This document shows positions 12,597-23,900 of a stretch of DNA of 64,000 bases, in pieces (the stretch's first letter is position 1; the number at the start of each line of letters is the position of its first letter). The notes beneath the pieces were generated by a model. It was not told the DNA's origin. It did not search any database and saw only the letters and a program-made list of their open reading frames with translations. Location: contig CP158635.1 of assembly GCA_050273025.1 (NCBI GenBank), forward strand, positions 6,138,001 to 6,202,000, given 5' to 3'. The position numbers and the translations under genes are program-made. The DNA is from Cenococcum geophilum. Taxonomy: Eukaryota.

Positions 12597-15500
12597 TAAG
12601 GCTTAACGCTACCAGATTACTTCTTATAATCTTAATAATAATCTGTATATTACTACTTACTAGCTATATTGTTGCTTCGATCTGTTTAGGAAGCACGTAC
12701 TTATAGGTCTATTTAATAGCACTAGCTTTTAGTCCTAATATAAGTGGTAGGTATAAGGTGGCGGCTATATATATAGCTTCTTATAGAGTTTAATAGCCCT
12801 AAAGCTAGATCTGTTAACTAGTAAATTAAGGGCGGCTTTTGCTAAGCACTGGGCTGCTTTTATATTTATAATAAATCTCAATTAATCTAGGCCTCTTAAT
12901 CTTTAATATTCTTCTACTCTTAGCTATAAAGGATAGCTTAATGCTAGTAAGCTTTTTACTGCCTACCTTAATTAATTTTAACGGTACTGTAATTATACTA
13001 AATCTTACTACTTAAGATTAAAGAAAGGCTCTATTAGAGTAAAGGAGTGCCGCTTTTACTTTCTATGCTCTTTCCGCGATAAGGCCGCTATATTAAAGGA
13101 TTAAAATTAATATTCCTAGACGTTCTGTCTATAGCGTAATAATAAGCTTTTTAATGGCTATAATACAGCTATAATACTAGCGTAGATAGTAAATATTAAT
13201 ACGTCGCCCGCTATAAGCATATTAGTAATAGTTAACTATATAGGCAAATATTACAGTAAGGAAGAGAAGGAGTTAACTTCCTACTAGGAGTTACTCTAAT
13301 TAGTATAGCCGCATGCTAATAGTCTTTATGCCTTTAGTTTAGTAGTAGCCAAGTATAAAAATAAGCCTATTGCTAAACGCGATTAGTTAGTATAGGAGGT
13401 ATACTATCTACTTCTTAATATTTCCCTTTCCGAAGACTTAAGGAATATAGTAACTTTAGACTACTACTAAGAAGGTAATTAAAGCGCTATATATAAGCTT
13501 ATGGATGGGTAATTAAGAGGGTATAAATTGTTTAACTATAAGAAATATAAGCGTTGCCCAAATAGGGTAGAGGACGTTACTTTCCTTAAGTTTTAACTCT
13601 ATTTTAATTACTCTATTTATAAGCGTCGACTAAGAGTAAGGCACTAAGTTATATTATACTTTCCGCGATATAAAGGCGATCCTTCTTATCCGTAGTATTC
13701 TATGTTCTGCTATATAGAGCTTATTCTTTATTATCCATAAAAAGAGTATAAGAAAGTGGCTACTTATACTAATAGATTTGGGGCCCCTAATTATATAGCT
13801 TTTTATTAGGCTTATGTTAAGCTCGGACCCTTAGAACTCGGCTAACCCCGAACTCGGCCACCTAACTAAAACCGAACCAATAATTTGTAGACCTATTTTC
13901 TTCACAACGAATCGATTAATATGGACCAAAATATGCAGAACTTATAAATGGCTATTGTAGATTTTAAATCTGGTATTTATAAGTCTGCGCGAAAAGCTAT
14001 GCTTATATATAATGTCCCTTTGTCAATTTTAAGCGATTAATTAAGTAGTACGCTACTAGGGCAATTTATACACTAATATAAATAGCAATTAACTCCTATA
14101 TAGGAAACCTTGCTTATTAATTAGGTACTTAAATAGGACTTATAAAGTTTTACTTGCTTATATATATAGTTATAGAAAAATAGTAACCTAACCCTTTAAT
14201 TAAAATAGTAATACTAGACCCCCTTGTAAAATATAGGCAATTAGCTATTTTATATAAAAATTTTATATAAAAATTTTATTTACCAAGTTAATAGAAAGTA
14301 TGTAAATTAATATAGCACAACTAAAATAAATTTAAAAATTCTATAACCTTTATAAAAAGGTATAAAGGAAGGTTAATATATAAGTAAAAAGTACCTAAAT
14401 TTTAAATAAATTTAAAGCTATATTAAGTGCATATATAAACTAAATTACTATAAGAGATACCTTTAAAATAAGGACTTTTATGTAGCTACTAAATAATTAT
14501 AAATAGGTATTTATTATAGAGATAATATCTACCCTTAATTAATTAAACTTCTTATAATTTTTAAAGTAAAACACTTTCAATTAATATAATTCTGCTAAGG
14601 AAAAACACTCTATTAAGTATATATAATTCGACAGGTAGAGTGCTTACTAAGAGCTATAAACACCTAGGGCCTTAAGTTGGCCACCCCCCTAGGAGCAACT
14701 ATATGGCAATAAGGAACCTCTAAAAGCATAATTGACCTCATATTTATAGACGAAGGCCTATACCAGAGACTTAAAAGGTGCAACCCTAAAGAAGAATAGG
14801 CACTCGCCTTAGACCATATCCCCATCTAGATATAGCTAGATTTGGATATTAAGGCGTAACTAAGTAGTAAAAGATATGCAATAAGGAAGCTTAAGATAGA
14901 CAGTTTCTTTAATATAGTTAAATAATAACTCTAAGACCTAGAAGAAATCCACCTAATTCTAAATAAGCGAGGCTTATTAGCCACCCCTAAGGAAATTAAC
15001 TAAAGACTAAAAAGGATCTAGGCAGTAATTAAAAACGGGCTAAAAGAGTACTGCCTGGTCTTAAAACCGGGCCCCTATACGCGACACGTATAGTCCGTAT
15101 AATACGCGGTTCTTATTACCAGCTAATAATAAGTAAAAAGGAAATATATAAGTAGCTATAACCTTAAAGATAAGAGATAATATAAAGACATAAGAAACTA
15201 GTTAAAGAATACCCTAAAGAAAGAAGTAAGGAATAACTGGAGACGGTTTATAAACAAGTATACTTTTAACTTAAGCCTCCCCTATAATAAGGGCCTTTAG
15301 GCTATAGCAAAATAGGTAAAGAAAAAGGCAGGGCGCCTAGTAAAAGACCTATACCTACTACCCCTATGAAGAGTAGGGGAATTATAGGCTACTAATAACA
15401 ATAATAAGAAGGCAAAGATCCTTATAGAAAGGTTCTTCCCTTAACCGGCCCTAGCAGACCTTAGTAATATTATAGGTAAAACACCGGTGACTTACCTAAG

Positions 15501-16015
15501 GGTTAACAGTAATATAATAACAGAGGAAATAGCTAGAACTATTAGCCGCCTTTTAAATAATATAGTACTAGGACTAAATAGGATTCTAAATAAGGCCTTA
15601 AAAACCTATGGACTACTTATAGCACCCTAGCTTATAAATATAGCTAGGGTATACTTTATTATAGGCTACTACCCGCGACTTAGAAGATCTATAATAACGG
15701 TTATTCTACGGAAAAAAGGTAAAGTAAATTACTTAATCCTAGGAAGCTACCGCCCTATTGCCTTAGAAAATACCCTTAGCAAGATCTTAAGAAAGGTAAT
15801 AGCGGACCGTATAGTAGATATAGCTAAGGAATATAACCTACTACCACAAAGCTAAATAGGGGCAAGAAAGAACCGCTTAATACTATTAGTACTTACGCTA
15901 CTCGCTACTACCATTAAATCCGTATAGGCGATGCGAAGGGACTTTATAGTATTAATGCTTAGCCTAGATATTAGCGGCGCCTATAATAATATACCCTATA
16001 AGCGTCTCTTATATA

Positions 16016-17033
16016 GTAGTAGTAACTCTTTAATTAACGTCTGATATGGATCCTACTGGCCTACGTAGACTACTCTGTTATAGGGGGAAAACTTATAATT
16101 TATATGAAGAAAACCCTGCAGTTAGGGGAAGGAAAAACCCTATAAGCCACCTCAGTTGGATAAAAAACCCCAAATTGCTATATTTGCACATAGTGCGGCC
16201 CTACAGGCCTACAGCTACGTCCTCCTCCTTAGATGTTTTGAACTCCTTAGGAACTACTACTTCCTTCTCTAGCTTATCCTAGCTAGGGTTCACTACGTCC
16301 CAGCTAGGCCTTGCCAATTAATTACTATATTTATTATTTTCTATATCTTGGCTATCCCTTATATGCTATCTCTTGTCTAACTATTGCTATATACGCTATA
16401 CCTCCCCCCCCCTAGGGCCTATTAAAGGCGTAAGGGGGATTTATCTATAAACTACTACTATACTAAAAGGCGAGCGGGACGTATGTATATATACCTAGGT
16501 ATCTTTTATACCTAGGCCCTAGTTGCTAGGCCCTCGCTAAGGGTTACCACTCCTTAAGAGGAGACAGGAAAACCGTACGGTATTGTTTAAGCTGCTAGGT
16601 AGTATTTAATAGTTAATAGTAAGTGACCGTATGCTCCGCGGGCGATCGCCCTAGGGGTTAAAAGGGGCCGTATATTTGCTTATTTTTGTCTATTTACGTT
16701 TGCTTATACGTTAATATAAGAGGTTATTAATGCTTTCTATTAGGGGTCAGGGGATGCTATTAAATACTGTGCATCCATATTGGATCGTACAGGTGCCTTA
16801 ATAGGAGGATAGTGTAGTAGCTATTATCGTAAGGGGTACCAACGGTGGTGGTTTTTAAGATCTCACCATCCCATATAAAAACTTTTCACCACCGCCTATA
16901 ATACTCGCAACCACCTCCACCACGTCGTATCGCACGCTGTGCGACGTCTCTGCATTAGCTCTAAGTCTGAACTTCGAAGACTTAGGTTCGTAGCCGTCAC
17001 CACGTACAGGTGCAGAGTCCGTTTTCGACGACC
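16016..17033 (-). mobile_element. Non-autonomous non-LTR retroposon (SINE/SIDE-like), 1018 bp, with 5' HDV-like ribozyme, LINE-like 3' end and (TAC)3 tail
   Basis: 14-bp TSD GCGTCTCTTATATA at 16002-16015 and 17034-17047. Empty site present in LINE copy 1 (7597-7610). Minus strand ends ...GAGTTACTACTAC. No recognisable coding relic. Confidence 0.9.
16948..17033 (-). ncRNA. HDV-like self-cleaving ribozyme (predicted fold)
   Basis: P1 GGUCGUC/GACGGCU with G1-U wobble; P2 CUCUGC/GCAGAG; P3 ACC/GGU; L3 UGUACGU; P1.1 GU/AC; P4 CUAAGUCU/AGACUUAG; J4/2 CUAAU with the catalytic-position C at 16958. G1 is the first base of the element. Confidence 0.85.
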
Positions 17034-17996
17034 GCGTCTCTTATATATCCTTAGGGCAAAAGGCTTCCTAGAATAGATTATATAATTTATTTAAGGGTTT
17101 ATAGGTTAGAGAGAAATATTACTAATCTTTAGTAGATACTAGAGCCCCCCTATTGCAGTTATAACAGGAATACTATAAGGATTACCCTTCTCGCCTATAC
17201 TCTTCCTTTTCTTTATAAGTAACCTACTTAACTCCTTTAAGAAAGGGGCGACCTAGGGGATAGGCTTTGTTAATAATATAAACCTAATTATATACGGGCT
17301 AATAGCTATAGAGAATTGCAGAACACTAGAGAAAGCTTATAATACCTATATAAAATAGACAAGACAATATAGAGTCCAATTCTTACTAGAGAAATACCAG
17401 CTAATCTACTTTATAAGAAAACGCAACCAATCTATAGATCTTTAGCACATAATTTACGTTTAAGGCTTTAGGGGTTAACTAGTTTAGGGCCTAAGGGTAT
17501 TAGGAGTATAGGTAGATAGTAAGCTTTAGTGGAGTGTATATGCGGCGCAAGTAGCCCGTAAGGGCTAAGTATAATATATTATATTATTTAGGATCGTTAA
17601 TTCTATATAGGGTCTATGCTTTTAGAGGTTACGCCTACTATATACAGCAGTTGTCCGGCTAACTATAACGTATAGGTCTAGTATTTGGGCTATTAGAGAA
17701 TCTAAGAAAGGCCCCCCTAAATTGCTCCTTAAACCACTCTAAAAGGTCTAAATAGCCTGCCTTTAGAGTATAATAGGCGAATATAAGCAAACGGCTATAG
17801 CACTGCTTAAAAAGGAAGCCAATATTTCCCCCCTATAACTATATATTAAAGCCGCTATAATATAAAGGGCGTAAAATAAACGCAACTCTAATATTATAAA
17901 GTATATTAAAACACGCCTAAATAAACTATAGAGGGACCCTAGGGCGCCCTATAGGAGAATAAACTAATAACCCTAAAGTAGGGAAGATATATTAGA

Positions 17997-20900
17997 TGTT
18001 ACGGACGCTTTAAGTACAATGTTACGACTACTTGGAGAGGAGTTGGAAGAAGCTAGTTGGTTAATACAAGCACGGTCTAAGATGGAACCCGTGGAACCAT
18101 GTGACGAGGAATAGTAAGCAGAGTCACGTGATGTGATCTATATAATCTGTATAATCTGTGAGATCTATTATAGAGCGAATAGAGTAGATAGAGTAGATAG
18201 AGTAATAACTTTCTTAGAAGTACGGTTGTGTATTTAAGGACCCTTAGTCCCTACCTAGATAGTTCCTTCCTTGTAGTAATTCTTAGAATATAATTAGAGT
18301 TAATCTATTAGGCAACCACTCCACTAGTTATTATTACGTTGTTAACTTTTATACTTGCATTTCCTATATACCTAGCCTATTAACAAACCTATTGTAGTTC
18401 TTACTATAAGGTTCCGTTACATAATTACTACCTAGTTACGGTATTAATATAAGAAGTCGAATAATATGCCACTAAAAGCAGCTACTACGACGCCATTGAC
18501 GGTAGCAACTACTTTAAGGATAGGAGGTGACACTAGTATGGCGGATACTAACTTATAGTAACCTATAACGGTTGGACAGCTATAGGAAATAGTTAACTAG
18601 CTAATAGCTAATAATATAGTGTTGGAAGAAAGACTTAATAGGATAGGAGCAGTAAAGATTAAGCTACTATTAATTAAGAGATTTATAGGAGAGAGGTTAA
18701 AGCTTAAAGGATTCCTTATATAGATGCATTTTAAGGTCTTATAGGAGGGAGTAAAGTTACCTATACCTGTGGATCGGATAGCCTATACAGGACTATTCTT
18801 ATTAGGAAAAGCACTTAAGTGGTTTAAACCTTACCTTACGGAGATATAGGTAAACGGAATGATGACTACTAACTAAGACGTGCGATTTATATTCTTAAGT
18901 TAGGAAGGATTTATAGAATGACTAATGTAGATATTTGGAGACCTAGAAGAAATAACTATAGCGGAAAGAAAACTCCAGAACCTTATGTAATGAACTTTAG
19001 TAATTAAGTATATAATATAGTTCTAGACACTAGTAATATAAGTAGAGTAGAATAATAGGGCGCTTATGGCATAGTATAAATAGGGACTTAAGGCTAAAGT
19101 CTAGGACGTAATTATCCTAATAGAAGATGCGGATACCCTAAGGGAACTAATAGATTAGGCGATTAAGATTAATAATTGGATCTACTAAAGGGAATAGGCT
19201 AAGAGAGGCTAGGATAGAGTTCTATAGTTGTATAAGGCGCAAAGTACATAATAATAAAAGCTAAGTTAGAAACTATGGTATGGCGTAGAGCTAATGGACC
19301 TAAGTGGTACTAAAGAAGCCTATAAGAGATGGAGTAAACTATAGAAACCTAGAGGATAAGGATTAAGTGATTAAAGGTCTAAGGAGCAGAGGCTGAATTA
19401 GGGATTTTAATAGTAGAAGACATTTAGGTGGACTCTATAATAAGAGAAATGGTTTAAAGAAGGAGCTTATATAAATTATGGAAAACAGGGTTATTACGTT
19501 AGAGACTGTAGAAGTAGGTAGAGTTACTATATAGTAAAAGGTATGAGATTAGTAGACGATATATATGTATAAAGGGACGATAATATACTACGAGGAACAA
19601 AAGAGTATTTAATTAGAAGTTTTGCGTTTTGTTATAATAACGCATATTAAATTTATAAGGACGCTAAGTATGGCGTAAGCTATTAGCTATAAGAGCTAGC
19701 ACTTATAGGATGTAAAGGAACTAACGAACTAGTTTATAGATTGGATATTAAGGACGATAAATTCAACCTAGGCGAAATATTCCGTAATAATAAGGTAATA
19801 AGGGCCGCTTACTAGGAGCGAGTAGATCTTAGAGATGTTATACTAGAGGTAGAGGATGATTCTATTATAGAATAAGGAACATTAATAGGGATTGAAACCC
19901 TACTAGATATAATATCTATCGCTTTATAAGACGTAAGAGAAGTAAGATAGCGAACTACTTCGGCACTTAATAAAGGCAAAAGGCCAAAGGCTTAAGATTC
20001 TTAAGATGAGATAAGAGACGACTAAGATTCTTAAGATGAGATGAGGTAAGCTTAAGAACCTATAACGGATAGAAATTGATAGAGTAGAGTAGTGGCTTAG
20101 TTTAAAGATATACGAATGAGCTTGGGATAAGAATTCCTAACGGTATAAGATTTTTAAGATAAGATAAGTAAGATTTAGGACTCTTAAGATGAGACAAGGA
20201 CACTAGTTAAGCCTAGTTAAACTAAGGTAGGGGCTAAGCTTAGGTTAGAAGTAAGCTCGGGATTAAAGAACCTAAGGGGTTAAGAATTTGGGGTATAAAT
20301 TAGGATACCTATAAATAAGAGGCCGGGAGCTTCTTTATAGATTAGAGAATCTGCGGCATAAATAGTAATTAAACTGGGAGACGAATATATGGACCTAGAG
20401 GATTTACTAGTTAAACGAAGTGTTTAGACTAAAGATTGAAAAGCCAATATTAGGATTAAGAAGTAAGATAACTTTAAGAATTAGAGCGTAAGGCGCAAAC
20501 TAAAAGAATTATCGCGTGGTAAGAATAGAAACTAGATAAAAGATCTAGTATATTAGGACGTATAAAGGACAGAGCACTAGTATAAAGAATTACTAATAGG
20601 CCGAGAGTAGGTATACTAAGAGCTAAGTGGCTTACTGAACTAGAATAAGAAGAGGATTTAGGGATTCCTATTAGGTTTAAGGAATGATATACTAAAGGCT
20701 GTTATAACGTAGTAATAAAGAGATATTTTCTTACGGATAGACCGTATATACTCTAGCAGCTATACTAAAAGTAGTATAGGTAACGACGCAATAATAAGTA
20801 GGAAGATTTCTATATATAGTTGGATGAAAAAGTTATCTAGGACTACCTAATTATAGAGAAGGCTATAACGTATATTAAAGGAGCCTTAATTATAATATTA

Positions 20901-23900
20901 AAGGATCTAGAGGAACGTTTAGAGGACTAGAGAAGCGAGAGGCGCATCTTAGTACCTGCGAATAAAATTGTAACGTTTAGATTAGTATAATAAAGGTTTA
21001 AACTTAAGGGTAAGAATAAGCTAAGAGTTAACCTAAAGCACCTAGTATACTATATAATATTATAGATTGCGTATATAGACGATATATGCGAAATATATAA
21101 GAATCTAAAAGAAAAGAATTAGAAATACCCTATAAGGATATACTGGATAACGGATAAGTAATAGTATAGGAATGCTAAATATATATATAGATGGCATCTA
21201 ATAAAAATCTAAGAGGAAGGAAGTTTAGTACTTTAACTAGGAAGATTCTTTACGGAAGAATGCTTAGATGGACAATAGTGGTGGGAATGCCTAGAAAATA
21301 TGTGTCTATAGTATATTAAAGATAAAAAGCGAACTAGGCATTAGCTAAAAAATAAGCTAAGTATACTAGGATTAAGTGGCTAATAGTTAGGAAAAGTAGA
21401 GGCCTATAGGACTAAAGGGAGCTAGTGGTAGAGCCTTAAACCCTTAAAGGAATTTAAGGACAATACCTAAATTTATGGATTAATTGGTAAGATTAGCAGT
21501 TTAAAGCGCTAATAAATAGTGGAGTAACGCGAAACTATATCTTACTAGTAGTAGTTAAGAGAATAGGGCTACCTTATAGATAAAAGGAGTAACCTTACCT
21601 ATTAGTTATAATTTTAGGAGATTTAATAACCTATAGAGGAGGGATTATTAATCTTAAAACAGGACCTATTTAGATAACTATTAAAGGAAGATAAATTAAG
21701 ATGTCTTTTAATATCCTACTATTAGGACGGGACGAGGCAGTATTAGGTATGCCTTAGTTATAGGAATATAATTTAAGAATTGATTGGATTATAGGTTAGG
21801 TTAATATTAGAGATACTTAACGCTATAAGATGCGATAATAAGCTAAGTTAGTATAGTACTAAGTAGGAGCAACCTATAAAGAAATAGAAAAAGGACTAAG
21901 CTATGTACTAAAGAGATACTATAAGTATAGTAAGAAACTATAGTTACTAGAAAGTAAAAAGCTGTTAGAATATATAGCATGGGACTATAAAATAGAGTTA
22001 GAACTAGAAATAAGTCTAAAGTTTTTTCTAATCTATAAGCTTACTGAAGAAGAGAATAGAGTGTTAAAAGAGTTTGTCTAGGAAAATCTACGAAAGGGAT
22101 ATATTAGACTATTGCAGTTATTAGCGAGTTATCTAGTACTATTTGTACTAAAGAAGAATAGCAAACTAAGGCTGTGTATTAACTATAGATAGTTAAACAG
22201 CATTACTAGAAAGGATAGGTATCCTTTACCCTTAATTAGCGAAATCTAAGACAGGATAGGTAATGCGTAAATCTTTACAAAGATAGATCTAAGATGGGCG
22301 TACCATTAAATTAGGATTAAAGAAGGCAACGAATAAAAGGCAGCCTTTAGGTTAAAGGAAAAACTATATAAACTATTAGTTATGTAATTTAGGCTTATAA
22401 ACGCACTAGCAACGTTCTAGAAGCGTATTAATAATATATTAGAAGAATACTTAGATGAATTTGTTATGGTATATTTTAATAATATTATTATCTACTTAAT
22501 AACTAAGGAAGAATATAGGGAACACGTTAAATGGGTTCTAAAGAGACTATAAGAAGAATAGATGCTAGTAGTAATTGAGAAATACGAGTTCTTTACTAGG
22601 AAGACTGATTTTATTGGATTTATTATTAAACTAGGCTAACTTAGTATAGATCTAAAAAAGATCGAGGCTATAGTGAATTAGTAGGAACTAGAGAACGTTA
22701 TATAGTTAAGATTGTTCTTAGGGTTTTGTAATTACTATAGAAGGTTTATAGCGTAGTGGTTAAAGGATATTAAGCCATTTACGCGGTTAATAAAGAAAGA
22801 AGAACTATAGGTATAGGGGGAAGAGTAAAGAGAACTCTTTAAGAAAGTTAAAGAGTTGTTTACCTAGGAGCTAGTTCTTAAGATCTATTAACTAGGACTA
22901 GAGACGGTTGTAAAAATAGATGCATTAGACTATATACTAGGGGCGTGCTTTATATAAAGGCATTAAGATAGATAGCACTTAGTGGTATACTATAGTCGGA
23001 AAATAATACTACTGGAGTTAAACTATAATATCTATAACAAAGAGTTATTAGGTATAGTTACAGTATTAAAGGAATAGAGAGCATTTTTATAAGGTATAGA
23101 GAAACTATTTATAGTTAAAACGGATTATAAGAACCTAATAGGATTCCTAATAATAAAGGAACTTAACTAAAGATAGGTTAAATGGGCAGAGATGCTTATA
23201 GAATACTATTTTAAGATTTAGTATACCAAAGGTATAGATAATACGCAGGCAGATACTCTAAGCCGTAAAGCTAAACTATAAAATAAGGAAAAGCTATTAG
23301 GGGCTTTATTACGAAAAGATATAGACGGATTAATTAGGTATAATTATCCGAAAATTACAGTAACTTAAGAAGATAATAAACTAGAGAAAGTCTACGAGAT
23401 ACCAGAAAGCTTTTGGGCATAAAGAATTCTAAAAATATAGCTAGAAGATTTATAAACGGATATATACAAAAATCGAGAAGTAAAGTATATTCTAAAAAGC
23501 ATAGTAGAGTAATTTATAGAGGACTTCTATAAGGGACTAACCTAAGGATATAATGGAGCTATGGGCTTAGTATTAAGACTCTAGAAGGAGTACGTTATTA
23601 ATAGAATCTAGAGGATAGCCAAAAGGGTTATAAAGGAATATTTAGATTACTAAAGGAATAAACCGACAAGGCATAAGCCATATAGAGGGCTATAACCTAT
23701 TAAAATACTAGAGAGACTATAGGAGGTCATATTATAGGACTTTATTATTAAGTTACTAAAATTAAAAGACCCTATTACCGGACAAGATTATAACGCGATC
23801 TTAGTAATAGTAGATAAGCTTACAAAGTGGGGATACTTTATAGCATACACAGAAGAAATCTTAGCAGAAGATATCGCTAGAATCTACATTAAAGAAGTGT

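Noticed and set aside
16040..16092. CTGATA...GAAAAC resembling a hammerhead core on the plus strand
   Set aside because: The core is not CUGANGA and no stems were found. The segment is the reverse complement of the LINE-like 3' end.
16786..16796. Second GCACCTGTACG copy inside the retroposon, a possible second ribozyme
   Set aside because: It is not followed by the P3' GGT or a P1' strand, so the fold cannot be completed.
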